From the NCBI GenBank assembly GCA_002778575.1, contig PFBJ01000003.1, forward strand, positions 11,057 to 75,056: 64,000 nt of DNA. Direction: 5' to 3'. Numbering within the stretch: the first letter of the stretch is position 1; each line of letters starts with the position of its first letter. Source of the DNA: Candidatus Kaiserbacteria bacterium CG10_big_fil_rev_8_21_14_0_10_49_17 (GTDB taxonomy: Bacteria; Patescibacteriota; Minisyncoccia; Phycocordibacterales; JABMNX01). Shown here piece after piece: positions 1 to 10,551 of the stretch. Position numbers and translations under genes: made by a program. The notes beneath the pieces are model-generated. The model was not told the DNA's origin. It was given only the letters and a program-made list of their open reading frames with translations, and did not search any database.

Positions 1-104
1 TCATCCGCCTTTTTAGGACGCTCAATAAGGCGGGTGGAGCCACTCTCATCAAGGCGAATGAGCAACGCTTTTCCGGAAGCTGATTTCGGATACGAAATGT
101 TCAT
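1..104 (-). CDS. hypothetical protein, N-terminal fragment running off window (MNISYPKSASGKALLIRLDESG...)
   Basis: ATG at 102-104 one nt after aspS stop; reading frame open to window edge; no homology recognised. Confidence 0.3.
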   Translation of the reverse strand, partial: MNISYPKSASGKALLIRLDESGSTRLIERPKKAD

Positions 105-105
105 A

Positions 106-1437
106 TTATTCAGAGAGCTGTGTATCAATACGATTCATGTCACGCGGGAACAGTGTTGCCTCCTTAACATTTCGTATTCCCAGCATTTTGGCCGTCAGCC
201 GTTCAAGACCTGTTGCGCATCCTCCATGCGGTGGCATGCCGAACGCAAACGCTTGAAGGTAGAAACGAAAGGCATTCGGGTCGAGATTCCACTTTTGCAT
301 ATTCTTAAGTAATTGCTCGTATGAATGGATGCGCTGGCCGCCGGTTGTTATCTCTACGCCTCGGAAAAGGAGATCGAAACTTTTTGTAAAACCGGGGGTT
401 GATTCATCTTCATACGTGTAAAACGGCCGTTTTGACACCGGGTAGTGCGTCACGTAGATGAAGTCGGAGTTATGCTTTTCTCGTGCATACTCACATAGAG
501 CCTCTTCGTGTGCGGGTGAGAGATCAGGCTCACCGACACAGTCCTCATCAGTACGCTCCGTAACAATTTCCTGACCTTCAGCAAGCGTAACCACCGGAAT
601 GTCATCAGGAATGGCAGGAGCAGAGACATTGAAACGCTCTAAAACATCGCTGTGTCGCTCAACAAGTGCATTTCGGTACGCGCGGATAAGCTCCGTCAAA
701 ATCGCCATAACATCGCGATGGTCTTCTATAAAGCCAAGCTCAAAATCAAGAGATGAGTACTCATTTAGGTGTCGACTCGTTGCGTGCGGCTCAGCGCGGA
801 ATACTTTTGGGGTGGCAAAAACCCGCTCATAAATACCTACCAGTATTTGCTTGTAAAGCTGTGGGGATGTTGCAAGATATGCACTTCGATCATTGAAGTA
901 ATCAAGTCGAAAAACGTTGGCACCACCCTCAGCGTCCCCGCCAACAATTGCCGGAGCCTGGAATTCTGTAAAGTCGCGCGCGCGGAGTTGTGTGCGGAAT
1001 GTCTCGATGAGGGTTTCCTGCACTTTAAAAATGTCGCGCCCTCGCTGTGTTCGAAGTGTTAAGGGGAGGTAGTTGAGATATGTATCGATGTTTAGCTCTG
1101 CGTCAATGTCAAAGGGAAGCTCGGCTGCCTCGGAAAGTACGGTAATGTTCATAACCTCAAGTTCCAAGTGCCCTAATGCCGCATCCGGATGTATCATTTT
1201 TTCAGGTCGCTCATTCACCTTTGCGGTAACTGTAATGACCCACTCGGGACGAATGGTATCTGCAAGTGTGTGCGCCTCTGTATGATTTGGAAGTGCTACT
1301 GCTTGCACCTCCCCGCTTCTATCCCGCAAATCAAAAAAAATAAGTTTGCCATGATCACGACGGGTGGAAACCCATCCGGCAACAGTGACCTCCTTACCGA
1401 TATGTTCGCCAATGTCTTTGATACGTATTCGTTCCAT
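106..1437 (-). CDS. aspS: aspartate--tRNA ligase, archaeal/eukaryal-type class II (Asp/Asn-RS family)
   Basis: FFDLRDRSG anticodon-binding region, TSPQLYKQ, class II motif 3 GMPPHGGCATGLERL; start moved to internal MERIRIKDIGEH (1437) to avoid 38-nt overlap with trpS. Confidence 0.85.
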   Translation of the reverse strand: MERIRIKDIGEHIGKEVTVAGWVSTRRDHGKLIFFDLRDRSGEVQAVALPNHTEAHTLADTIRPEWVITVTAKVNERPEKMIHPDAALGHLELEVMNITVLSEAAELPFDIDAELNIDTYLNYLPLTLRTQRGRDIFKVQETLIETFRTQLRARDFTEFQAPAIVGGDAEGGANVFRLDYFNDRSAYLATSPQLYKQILVGIYERVFATPKVFRAEPHATSRHLNEYSSLDFELGFIEDHRDVMAILTELIRAYRNALVERHSDVLERFNVSAPAIPDDIPVVTLAEGQEIVTERTDEDCVGEPDLSPAHEEALCEYAREKHNSDFIYVTHYPVSKRPFYTYEDESTPGFTKSFDLLFRGVEITTGGQRIHSYEQLLKNMQKWNLDPNAFRFYLQAFAFGMPPHGGCATGLERLTAKMLGIRNVKEATLFPRDMNRIDTQLSE

Positions 1438-1441
1438 ACAG

Positions 1442-2416
1442 TTATGCAAGCCCCACACCAACCTTTTTTCGAACATCATTTAGTTTTGCTGCGGCTAGCG
1501 GGCGCGCTTGCTCAGCTCCTCGTTGGAGCACCTCTCTGATTTGCGCTCTGTTTTCCATCAATTCAGTATACGCCTCACGCATTGGTGTGATGAATGCTTT
1601 CATATTTTCAAGTAGTATCTCCTTGGACTCCTTATATCCAATACCTCCCTCTCGATATCGTTTTTCCAATTCCGGCAACTGTTCCCTGCTAAATAAACGA
1701 TGGTATGCAAACACAGTGTCCGTATCAGGGTCTTTGGGTTCATGGACGTCCTTCGAGTCAGTGACAATGCCTTTCACTAACTTCTCAAGCTCAGAGTCAA
1801 AAGCAAACAGCGGAATAGTATTTCCATAACTTTTACTCATTTTTTGACCATCCGTTCCGATAAGCGTGGCCACCTCTTCAGGGATGATACCCTTTGGGGT
1901 TGCGAATGTTTCGCCGTACATCCGGTTAAACTTTTCTGCAATATCCCGAGCGTATTCAATATGCTGCTGCTGATCTTTTCCAACCGGAACAACAGTGGCA
2001 TCGTACATAAGTATGTCAGCCGCCATAAGTATTGGGTAGTCAAATGTGCCAACGCTAATTTCCTTATTCTTTGCTTCAGCATCCTTAAACGCGTGGGCGC
2101 GCATCAGATACGGCATTGTGGTAATGCAATTGAATATCCACGCAAGCTCCATATGTTCAGGTATATCCGATTGTTTAAATAGTATTGTCTTTTCAGGATT
2201 AATACCTGCCGCAAGGTATCCTGCCGCAACGTGGTAGATGCTCTCCCGGAGCCGTTCAGCATCATACGTCGTTGTTAGTGAATGGTAGTCTGCAATAAAA
2301 ATGAAGCTCTCATACTCCTCCTGGAGAGCTAATTGCTGTTGCATAGCTCCAAAGTAGTTGCCTATATGCAACGTGCCGGTTGATTTAATACCCGAAACAA
2401 GGCGTTTCTTCCCCAT
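1442..2416 (-). CDS. trpS: tryptophan--tRNA ligase
   Basis: class I HIGH-like TLHIGNY and KMSKS motifs, TrpRS-specific N-terminus. Confidence 0.9.
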   Translation of the reverse strand: MGKKRLVSGIKSTGTLHIGNYFGAMQQQLALQEEYESFIFIADYHSLTTTYDAERLRESIYHVAAGYLAAGINPEKTILFKQSDIPEHMELAWIFNCITTMPYLMRAHAFKDAEAKNKEISVGTFDYPILMAADILMYDATVVPVGKDQQQHIEYARDIAEKFNRMYGETFATPKGIIPEEVATLIGTDGQKMSKSYGNTIPLFAFDSELEKLVKGIVTDSKDVHEPKDPDTDTVFAYHRLFSREQLPELEKRYREGGIGYKESKEILLENMKAFITPMREAYTELMENRAQIREVLQRGAEQARPLAAAKLNDVRKKVGVGLA

Positions 2417-2505
2417 AGTCGCTTTATCGTACCAGAGAAAAAGGCCGAATTAAAGGCCACGGTTGGTACGACCTCGCCTGCCACACTCTCTGCACAGTAT
2501 TAGGA

Positions 2506-2540
2506 TATATCAAAACACTGTGCACTTCGAAAAGAAGTGC
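2506..2540 (-). terminator. putative rho-independent terminator downstream of histidine kinase
   Basis: GCACTTC-gaaaa-GAAGTGC hairpin followed on minus strand by CAGTGTTTTG. Confidence 0.4.
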
Positions 2541-2560
2541 GAAACAGTAAGAGCGTACTA

Positions 2561-4180
2561 TTAGGACACCAGAGGTAATTCGAAACAGAAGCGCGAGCCC
2601 TTCCCTTCTCCATCGGATTCAGCCCAGATCTTTCCTTTGTGCGCCTCTATCATTTCTTTCGCAACGTAGAGCCCGAGGCCGGTACCAGAGACATTTACCT
2701 CATGCGCATTCCGCGCGCGAACAAATTTATCAAAAAGCTTCAGGCCGGTCTCGTGTGAAAAGCCGATACCGGTATCAGATATAATGACACGCGCGGTTCG
2801 GCCGGTACTAAGCCTGCATACTGATACACTAATAGATCCCTTTGACGTATATTTTATCGCATTGTCAATCAAGTTCGTGAGCACGTGCTTTATTTTCCCA
2901 AGGTCGGCACGTACTGTATATGGCCCGGTATCGTCAGTTTGGAATGTGAGTGTCAGATTCTTATTCTTCGCGACAGGTATTTGCTCCTCAACAGATTTCT
3001 TCGACAAATCCGCCAAATCAAAATCTTGCATCTCATACTTCATACGGCCTTGTTCGATTCGAGACACATTAAGGAAATCCTCGACCGATTCGGCCATAAG
3101 CCATCCAGACTCGTATATTCGTTCAACCGCCTCTCGCACCCCTTCGCTTACTTTTCCGTATGTTCCTTCAAGAATCATAGAGGCATAGCCCGTCATAGAC
3201 GTGAGAGGACTGCGAAGTTGGTGGCTTGCGATTGAGACAAATTCACTCTTTAGCCTATCGAGTTCACGGAGTCGCACATTTGCTTTCTCAAGCTGTTTTG
3301 TAAGCCGTTCCAATTCCTCCCGCTGTTCAACTTCACGGTACACACTCCTCATCAACAGGTATCCGAGAATAGCAACAAGAGCAATCAGAACAACCCGAAG
3401 AATTAGCTGCGTAGTCGTCTCCGCTAGGAATAGCTCAACGACCAGGAATGAGAGAATAGCAAATGCGAAAACTTCCGTCGCAATGAGTTTTAAGTTAAAT
3501 AATTTAAAGCGGACAATGGCATAAAAGATAAATCCAACGTAGAAAAAGGTGGAAAAATTCGCGAGCCAGTTGATTTTAAAATATCCAAACCACGGAAGGA
3601 TAAGGTTGCTTACCATTCCAATTGAAGATGCGATAAGAACACCGAGAAACAGCGTGAGTGTCCGTTTTCGAAACGCTGGATTTCTTGATTTCAGATACGC
3701 AAAGAAAAGAAGTGAAAGTGCAATGGAGAAAAAAATTAAAAAGTGTGACGCGTATAGTAAGTACCCGTACCCAAACACCACAACCTTCTCGCCAACTGGC
3801 GGTACCGAAACCGCAACAACTACAGATGCGGTAAAATACGTCAGAAGCCCCAATGCGCACGCCGAACCGTACGCAAGGAGCGGAATGATGCGCGTAACTG
3901 AGACAATCTCTCGTACGTACTGCGTGACAAAGTGGAGAAAAAAGACTGGAATAAAAAGCGCTGCTATGTGGTGAAGACGCGTCAGTGCGAGCAAGTGCTC
4001 AACGTCCTGAAGATAGCGGTAGTAGATAATACCCGCGGACCACGTCACTATAGCAACTACAATCAATGTGAACGTGCGATTGGCTGGCGCAGAGTGTGAG
4101 GTTCGCTGAAAAAATACAGCGAGCGCCAAAAATATATTTAAGACGATAATACTCGTCAGTAAAATGTTTATTATGTCCAT
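2561..4180 (-). CDS. sensor histidine kinase with N-terminal multi-TM (about 7 TM) sensor domain
   Basis: HisKA H-box SHQLRSPLTSMTGYAS, HATPase_c N/G boxes (NLIDNAIKYT, DTGIGF, GTGLGL); paralog of 56368-58443. Confidence 0.9.
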   Translation of the reverse strand: MDIINILLTSIIVLNIFLALAVFFQRTSHSAPANRTFTLIVVAIVTWSAGIIYYRYLQDVEHLLALTRLHHIAALFIPVFFLHFVTQYVREIVSVTRIIPLLAYGSACALGLLTYFTASVVVAVSVPPVGEKVVVFGYGYLLYASHFLIFFSIALSLLFFAYLKSRNPAFRKRTLTLFLGVLIASSIGMVSNLILPWFGYFKINWLANFSTFFYVGFIFYAIVRFKLFNLKLIATEVFAFAILSFLVVELFLAETTTQLILRVVLIALVAILGYLLMRSVYREVEQREELERLTKQLEKANVRLRELDRLKSEFVSIASHQLRSPLTSMTGYASMILEGTYGKVSEGVREAVERIYESGWLMAESVEDFLNVSRIEQGRMKYEMQDFDLADLSKKSVEEQIPVAKNKNLTLTFQTDDTGPYTVRADLGKIKHVLTNLIDNAIKYTSKGSISVSVCRLSTGRTARVIISDTGIGFSHETGLKLFDKFVRARNAHEVNVSGTGLGLYVAKEMIEAHKGKIWAESDGEGKGSRFCFELPLVS

Positions 4181-4183
4181 ACG

Positions 4184-5341
4184 TTACAGAGCACGTAGCG
4201 TTCGGGCAGTTGCAATGTGCTCCTTGGTGTACTGAAGTCGGTAGTTTTGGAACTCTCCGGTTGAGAAGCCTAACTGCGTTGCGAGCGACGCGAGTCGCTC
4301 TACTTCATTAAAATCGATTTTCATCAATTCTCCTACATTGTAATGGTCTTTTGCATTACTTGCAGTAAGAATTATCACCTCCGCAAGACAACTGTAAATA
4401 TCTGTTCGGTGCTGTAAACCGATGTTTATGTTTACCTGTACTGATTCTGTGTGTACCGCTCCACCCTCAAGCACCAGAATATCCGGGCGCGATTCAATTA
4501 CTTTTGGATCAACATTAACCGGTTTTGCATCATCAACTACCAGTGCCCCGTGTTTAATGTGTTCAGATTTTAGAAAAGCGTCTGTCCTGTTTGTTGCTAT
4601 AACGATTATTTCAGATTGTGAAGCGGATTCTACCTCAGTGGAAATCTCAACTGACACACCATTTTGTATCTCATTGAGGTACGTCTTTAGCGCCGTTAAG
4701 CGACTCTCTTTTCGTGCAAGGTCAACCAAGTTGAATTTCGTGCACCCCCGATGCGCAAGAATTTGTGCAGTAGCAGAGCCGATTGATCCAGCTGCACCAA
4801 TTATAGAAATATGGGCGTTTTTTGCATCAATTTCGAGTGCCTCAGCACCGCGCATAACCAAATCAGAGACATTATGAGCGGTAAAAAGCCGTCCGGTGAC
4901 AATGTGGGCTTTTGTGTGTCCAATCAAGTCCTTTCCACCGCGTGTTAAAGAAGCTGAAAGAGCACCGAGGCCGACGTACTGTGCTCCTCGTTTCTCAGCT
5001 AACCGAACAGCTCGAATGAAGCTTTTCCGAGCAGCCTCACGATTATTCACCAGCATATCCGGCGTTATTGGTGAAGAAATCATCCACCCATTAAGCGGCA
5101 CGCCATCACTAAGTGTGCGAGCCCCGGTGATATTGGTAATAGTTACCGGCCAGAAAATGTAAAGCAAAAAAAACTTAACAACTGCGGCAGGTAATAGACG
5201 CATAAACGGGTACATGGTGTACACATCATTGATGTCCCGCGGATGGATGATGAATGCAAATCCCGTTCTCTTTTTCCCAGGAAGAAAACGCTCAAGCAGA
5301 AGGTCATAAAAAGCGCGCGGAATGTGTAGCATTTTTTTCAT
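4184..5341 (-). CDS. NAD(P)-dependent oxidoreductase of the acyl-ACP reductase (AAR)/shikimate-DH-like family
   Basis: Rossmann GAAGSIGS; FAFIIHP, VGLGALSAS, IVTGRLFTAH, EGGAVHT blocks align with cyanobacterial AAR FGLIGH, ISALGGFTS, TTGNTHTA, DGGYPKN. Confidence 0.65.
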   Translation of the reverse strand: MKKMLHIPRAFYDLLLERFLPGKKRTGFAFIIHPRDINDVYTMYPFMRLLPAAVVKFFLLYIFWPVTITNITGARTLSDGVPLNGWMISSPITPDMLVNNREAARKSFIRAVRLAEKRGAQYVGLGALSASLTRGGKDLIGHTKAHIVTGRLFTAHNVSDLVMRGAEALEIDAKNAHISIIGAAGSIGSATAQILAHRGCTKFNLVDLARKESRLTALKTYLNEIQNGVSVEISTEVESASQSEIIVIATNRTDAFLKSEHIKHGALVVDDAKPVNVDPKVIESRPDILVLEGGAVHTESVQVNINIGLQHRTDIYSCLAEVIILTASNAKDHYNVGELMKIDFNEVERLASLATQLGFSTGEFQNYRLQYTKEHIATARTLRAL

Positions 5342-5353
5342 ACACGAGTGTTA

Positions 5354-6052
5354 TTACTGAATCTCATTTGGGGATTCAAGGGCATAGATTGCTTTTACTA
5401 ATCTCTCCGACACTTCACGATACTCCTTGACTCCAAGAGTGTTTGGCATGCCGGTTAGGAAGTAACGTGCCGGCCTTGGTTTTCCAAAATGAACAGACAC
5501 CCTGTGCTTCCGTGAGAAAAATCTGCCTGGGCTCATTCCTGCAGAATTTTTAACATAGACAGGGACTACGGTTGGGCGTACTGCGGCAATCAGGTACCCG
5601 ATACCGCCACGCGCTTTTGCACTCTTTCCATCAAATTTATCATCTCCGGCCTGCGGGAAAACACAAAACGTATACCCCCTCTTTAGCAATAAAACGTGGT
5701 CAGATAATGTTTTTGAATAATTCTGGAGTCCGCCGGGCGCGACTGGCGCTCCCCAAAAACGAAAGAACGGCTCAGAGAGCACATACTTTCTCCACCCTTT
5801 CCACTGATAAACGCTTTGACTGCGCGAAATCCAAAGTAGCGGATTGTGACGCGATACCATCGGAAATGCGCCCCGTATAAATACCGGATCAAACTGATTT
5901 GGATGATTCGAAACAAATATCGTTGGTTTTTCTACGCCCCGAATATTCTCGCGGCCGTAAACCGTAAAGTGAGTAAAGAAATAAATGAGAATTCGCCCCG
6001 GTATCCATGCAAGAGCTTGGACAACCCCAGGCACTATCCCGTAGAGACTCAT
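5354..6052 (-). CDS. plsC: 1-acyl-sn-glycerol-3-phosphate acyltransferase (lysophospholipid acyltransferase)
   Basis: acyltransferase motif I SNHPNQFDP, motif III FPQAGDD; start placed at internal Met giving TAATG overlap with upstream gene (alternative start 6094). Confidence 0.8.
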   Translation of the reverse strand: MSLYGIVPGVVQALAWIPGRILIYFFTHFTVYGRENIRGVEKPTIFVSNHPNQFDPVFIRGAFPMVSRHNPLLWISRSQSVYQWKGWRKYVLSEPFFRFWGAPVAPGGLQNYSKTLSDHVLLLKRGYTFCVFPQAGDDKFDGKSAKARGGIGYLIAAVRPTVVPVYVKNSAGMSPGRFFSRKHRVSVHFGKPRPARYFLTGMPNTLGVKEYREVSERLVKAIYALESPNEIQ

Positions 6053-6522
6053 TAAATGAAAAACAGACTTACCAATGGGAGTAAAAAGAGCCACCGACCG
6101 TACGCTTCCGCTGAAAACACCCCATCAATAGTGGTACCAAAATCGTAAATATCACCTAATGGCACAGCAACATAGCTTACTGTAATGAGAGCAATGCTAA
6201 TTGTTGCCCCTAAAATTGCTGCGGTCATTACTCGCCGATTCCCACTTTCAAGAGCCAAACCAAATGCCCGCTTTAACAACCAGTAAAAAGCTCCGAGTGT
6301 CACTGCGAAAAGCGCCGGGTATGCGTATGCTCCGAGTGAATCGGTAATAATCGTCAGCGGGCCAAGAACATACGCAAATATAGCGGCCGCGTAAACGCTC
6401 ACGAGGAGCAAAATGCCGCGATTCCGGCCAAACTTCCACACAAACGCCGCGGCAAGCAAAAAAACACCGGCAATAACGATACTGTCCGATGATACTCCCA
6501 ACATTTCCGCGAGCGCATTCAT
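6052..6522 (-). CDS. hypothetical integral membrane protein (4-5 TM)
   Basis: hydrophobic throughout; translationally coupled between dnaJ and plsC. Confidence 0.55.
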   Translation of the reverse strand: MNALAEMLGVSSDSIVIAGVFLLAAAFVWKFGRNRGILLLVSVYAAAIFAYVLGPLTIITDSLGAYAYPALFAVTLGAFYWLLKRAFGLALESGNRRVMTAAILGATISIALITVSYVAVPLGDIYDFGTTIDGVFSAEAYGRWLFLLPLVSLFFI

Positions 6523-6523
6523 A

Positions 6524-7588
6524 CTAGATTCCTTCCTCCTTCAAATCTTCGATGAGTTTTTTTGCCCGTTTCGACAATTTTTTCGGCATTGAAACTCGTA
6601 TACGGACTAGTATATCACCTCGACCAACTCTATTAGGAACTCCTTTTCCACGCACGCGCAACACATCACCAACTGAAACCCCCGCTGGAATCTTTAGGTT
6701 AACGACACCATCAAGAGTCTGGAGTGAATATTCGCCTCCGAGGAGCGCATCTGATAATTTTACGGAGAGGTCCGTGTATAGGTTGTTTCCCTCCTTGCGG
6801 AATGTCGGATGCGGCTCGACGTGCACCTTGACGTACAAATCTCCTGTCGCTCCTCCGGCGATTGCTTCACCCATGCCTGAGAGCCTGATCATTTCTCCAT
6901 CATTAATACCTGCTGGAATTGAGACGGTTATTTTTTCCTCCTTTCGATGCGCGCCCTCACCATGACATGTTTCGCATTTTTCCTTTGGCACCTCACCTTT
7001 CCCGTGGCACTTCGGACACAGTCTCGTGCTTGTAAATGTCCCGAGAATAGATGAGCGAGTTTCGTGCAATTGCCCCTTTCCATTACATGTTGCACACTCC
7101 ACCATTGCACTTCCCTCTTTTGCTCCGCTTCCCGCGCACGTCTGACAAAGTGATGTCTTTGTAATCAGCACAGTCCTCTCCGCGCCAAATACCGCATCCT
7201 TAAATGGGATAGATATATCTATTGAGATGTCATGTCCGCGTGACTCGCGACGCCGACCTCCGCCGAAAAATTCTCCAAAAATGTCTCCGAGATCGAATTC
7301 AACACCGCCGTGCCCGCCAAAACCGGAAAAATCAAAACCGCCGAAGCCGCCGTGAGACTGAGCTCCTGTTCCGCCAGCGAAAACGTGTCCGTATGCATCG
7401 TACTCTGAACGCCGCTTTTCATCTGAAAGCACCGCGTACGCCTCGCTTACTTCTTTAAATTTTCCTTCATCACCCTCTTTCTTATCAGGGTGATACTGGT
7501 GTGCGAGTTTTCGAAATGCTTTTTTTATCTCCTCTTTGCTTGCGGTACGATTAACGCCAAGAATTTTGTAGTAGTCCTTTTGGTTCAT
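6524..7588 (-). CDS. dnaJ: molecular chaperone DnaJ
   Basis: J-domain HPD (YHPDKK), G/F-rich linker, four CxxCxGxG zinc repeats. Confidence 0.95.
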   Translation of the reverse strand: MNQKDYYKILGVNRTASKEEIKKAFRKLAHQYHPDKKEGDEGKFKEVSEAYAVLSDEKRRSEYDAYGHVFAGGTGAQSHGGFGGFDFSGFGGHGGVEFDLGDIFGEFFGGGRRRESRGHDISIDISIPFKDAVFGAERTVLITKTSLCQTCAGSGAKEGSAMVECATCNGKGQLHETRSSILGTFTSTRLCPKCHGKGEVPKEKCETCHGEGAHRKEEKITVSIPAGINDGEMIRLSGMGEAIAGGATGDLYVKVHVEPHPTFRKEGNNLYTDLSVKLSDALLGGEYSLQTLDGVVNLKIPAGVSVGDVLRVRGKGVPNRVGRGDILVRIRVSMPKKLSKRAKKLIEDLKEEGI

Positions 7589-7625
7589 GCTCTCCTATTG
7601 TACGGAGAAGTTGTTGCTTGGCAAC

Positions 7626-9524
7626 CTAGTCACTTCCTTTCTCGTCATCCTTCTTCTCTTCCGTACTGTCTGCGTCGCTCACTGATCCCTCTCCTGCTGA
7701 ATTTTCTGACGCAGTATTTGTCTGTGTGTGCCCCATGCTCTCGCCGATTTTCTGCATTGCTGCTGAGAGAGCCTCGGTTTTACTCTTTATTGCCGTTATA
7801 TCTTCTCCCTCTTTTACTCCTGTCAGTTCAGTGATGCATGATTCGACATCACTTTTTACATCTGAGGAAAGTTTTTCTCCCGCGTCTGATAGAGCACGCT
7901 TTGCAGTGTAGATGAGCTGTTCTGCAAGATTACGCGCCTCCGCAAGCTCTTTCTTTTTGGAATCCTCGCCCGCGTGCTCCTCGGCGTCCTTCTGCATTCG
8001 TTCAATATCTTCTTCACTGAGTCCTGAGGATGCCTCGATTCGAATAGATTGCTCTTTACCGCTGGTCTTATCCTTTGCAGTAACATTGAGAATTCCATTT
8101 GCGTCAATGTCAAATGAGACATCAACTTGCGGGGTACCGCGCGGTGCCGGTGGAATACCATCGAGAATAAACCGACCGAGGCTTTTATTGTCAGCCGCCA
8201 TCGCGCGTTCACCCTGAACAATGTGCACTTCGACACTCGTTTGGTTGTCTGCAGCTGTTGAAAATGTCTGAGATTTGCTCGTTGGGATGGTCGTATTGCG
8301 CTCAATGAGTTTCGTTGCAACTCCTCCCATAGTTTCAATGCCGAGAGAAAGCGGAATAACATCAAGCAAGAGAATGTCCTTTACGTCTCCCTGTAAAATT
8401 CCCGCCTGAATTGCGGCTCCAAGCGCCACCACCTCATCTGGGTTAATTGACTTGTTCGGCTCTTTCCCAAACAACTCCTTTACGCGCGAAACAATTACAG
8501 GCATTCGCGTTTGGCCGCCAACAAGAATAATCTCATCAATATCGCCAATGGAGAACGGTGACGCCTCAATTGCGCGTTTTGTTATCTCAATTGAACGGTC
8601 AATGTACTCCTTTGCAAGTTCCTCAAGTTTTGCGCGCGTAAGCTTCAGAAGGAGGTGTTTTGGTCCGTCTGCATCTGAGGTGATAAATGGAATATTAATC
8701 TCGCTTTCAGTTGCCGTTGAAAGTTCGATTTTCGCCTTTTCCGCGGCTTCATCGAGTCGTTGCAGTGCAAGCGGATCTTTTGAAATGTCGATCCCACTCT
8801 CCTTTTTAAATTCTTCGATAATCCACTTTACGACATGCTGGTCAATGTCGCGTCCTCCCATGTGGCTATCGCCGTCAGTGGACTTCACCTCAATAACATC
8901 ATCGCCAACTTCAAGCACCGAGACGTCAAACGTCCCGCCGCCGAAGTCGTAGACAACAATCTGCTCGTCTTTTTTCTTATTGAATCCATACGCAAGCGCG
9001 GCGGCAGTTGGCTCATTAATAATGCGCTTGACGTCAAGACCGGCAATTTTACCTGCGTCTTTTGTGGCATTTCGCTGGGCATCATTGAAGTATGCGGGCA
9101 CGGTAATAACTGCTTCTGTGATCTTCTCGCCAAGTTTTGCTTCCGCATCGCTTTTAAGCTTCTGTAAAATCATTGCGGACACTTCTTCAGGACGATAGGT
9201 CTTGCCACCGAGTGTAATTTCAACACCGCCGCCTGATGCCTCAGCAATCTCATACGGGACAGTCTCGCGGTCTCGAACCACAGCCGCATCATCGAAGCGA
9301 TGCCCCATAAATCGTTTGATGCCGTAAATAGTGTTCTTAGGATTTGTCACTGCTTGGCGACGCGCCAGGACACCAACGAGTCGTTCCCCTGTCTTTGAGA
9401 CAGCAACAACCGACGGAGTTGTCCGATTACCTTCCGCATTTTCAATAATTGTTGGTTCGCCTGCACTGACAGCTGCCATTGCAGAATTGGTTGTTCCAAG
9501 GTCAATTCCAAGTATTTTTCCCAT
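7626..9524 (-). CDS. dnaK: molecular chaperone DnaK (Hsp70)
   Basis: [16 protein letters not shown], full-length Hsp70 with acidic C-terminus. Confidence 0.97.
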   Translation of the reverse strand: MGKILGIDLGTTNSAMAAVSAGEPTIIENAEGNRTTPSVVAVSKTGERLVGVLARRQAVTNPKNTIYGIKRFMGHRFDDAAVVRDRETVPYEIAEASGGGVEITLGGKTYRPEEVSAMILQKLKSDAEAKLGEKITEAVITVPAYFNDAQRNATKDAGKIAGLDVKRIINEPTAAALAYGFNKKKDEQIVVYDFGGGTFDVSVLEVGDDVIEVKSTDGDSHMGGRDIDQHVVKWIIEEFKKESGIDISKDPLALQRLDEAAEKAKIELSTATESEINIPFITSDADGPKHLLLKLTRAKLEELAKEYIDRSIEITKRAIEASPFSIGDIDEIILVGGQTRMPVIVSRVKELFGKEPNKSINPDEVVALGAAIQAGILQGDVKDILLLDVIPLSLGIETMGGVATKLIERNTTIPTSKSQTFSTAADNQTSVEVHIVQGERAMAADNKSLGRFILDGIPPAPRGTPQVDVSFDIDANGILNVTAKDKTSGKEQSIRIEASSGLSEEDIERMQKDAEEHAGEDSKKKELAEARNLAEQLIYTAKRALSDAGEKLSSDVKSDVESCITELTGVKEGEDITAIKSKTEALSAAMQKIGESMGHTQTNTASENSAGEGSVSDADSTEEKKDDEKGSD

Positions 9525-9525
9525 A

Positions 9526-10113
9526 TTATTTACTTACACCAATAATGACTTGTGCTGGACGCAGTACACTCTCTCCCATCACATATCCCTTCTTTAAAAC
9601 TGAAACAACTGTGTTCTCCTGCTCACTCGGGACACTTTGGCTTGAGAGCGCTTCGTGCAGCGAGGTGTCAAATTTATCGCCCACCTCCCCGTATGGCGCG
9701 ACATTGTACAGAGCGAGCGTTGTCGTAAGCAGAGAGTGGATATGTTCCACACCAGCTCGCCACGCACCGTCAACTGAATGCCACGCTTCACTGTTAATCG
9801 CCATATCAAAGGCATCAAGCGCAGGAAGAAATGAAAGCAGTACGTCTTGTACTATTCGCTCTCTTTCCTTTTCCTTGGCTAACACTTCAGCCTTTCTGGC
9901 ATTGACGACCTCCGCTTGAATCCTCTGCCATCCATCGAGGTACTCTGCTCGTTCTTTTTGGCACTCCTTTAGTTTTTTTCGCAGTTTCCGGAGCGTATCT
10001 GCAGCAGATTCCCCTTCTTCTTCGAAATGTATGTCATCATTATGCACTACCTCCTCTTCTGTGTCAATTTTTTTGTTTATCTTCTTTTTGTCCATACGAT
10101 ATAAACAGACCAC
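9526..10113 (-). CDS. grpE: nucleotide exchange factor GrpE
   Basis: GrpE coiled-coil plus C-terminal beta domain; directly upstream of dnaK. Confidence 0.85.
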   Translation of the reverse strand: MVCLYRMDKKKINKKIDTEEEVVHNDDIHFEEEGESAADTLRKLRKKLKECQKERAEYLDGWQRIQAEVVNARKAEVLAKEKERERIVQDVLLSFLPALDAFDMAINSEAWHSVDGAWRAGVEHIHSLLTTTLALYNVAPYGEVGDKFDTSLHEALSSQSVPSEQENTVVSVLKKGYVMGESVLRPAQVIIGVSK

Positions 10114-10160
10114 ATGCCACGTATAGTGACTTGATTAGAAATGAAGCACCGATGCACTCT

Positions 10161-10550
10161 TTACCGCTTGCTCCACTGAGGCGCTCTGCGCGCTTTTCGC
10201 AAGCCAAATTTCTTTCGCTCCTTCATGCGCGGATCCCGCTTGAGGTACCCCGCAAGTTTAAGCTCCTTTCGAAGCTCGGCATCATACTTTAGAAGCGCCC
10301 GAGCAATACCGTGCCGGATAGCTTCAGCTTGCGCTGAGATACCGCCGCCAAAAACTTTCGCAGAAACGCTAAAATGCGCATCGGTTTTCTGAAATGGCTG
10401 AAGGACTGTCGTCATAAGCTCTGCGGTTGGCAAATACTCCGCAAGCGGCTTCCCATTTATCAGCACTTCAGATTTTTTTGCAGGCGTAATACGCACGCGC
10501 GCTATTGCGGTTTTTCGTCGTCCTACTGCTTCTAGATATTTCTCTGCCAT
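10161..10550 (-). CDS. rpsI: 30S ribosomal protein S9
   Basis: GGGISAQAEAIRHGIARAL...RRAPQWSKR C-terminus. Confidence 0.95.
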   Translation of the reverse strand: MAEKYLEAVGRRKTAIARVRITPAKKSEVLINGKPLAEYLPTAELMTTVLQPFQKTDAHFSVSAKVFGGGISAQAEAIRHGIARALLKYDAELRKELKLAGYLKRDPRMKERKKFGLRKARRAPQWSKR

Positions 10551-10551
10551 A

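Noticed and set aside
34-312. 92-aa plus-strand ORF at window start
   Set aside because: Antisense to the aspS C-terminus.
10114-10160. Looked for a CIRCE (TTAGCACTC-n9-GAGTGCTAA) HrcA operator upstream of grpE-dnaK-dnaJ
   Set aside because: No CIRCE-like inverted repeat present; only a non-palindromic GCACCGATGCAC string, and no hrcA in the window.
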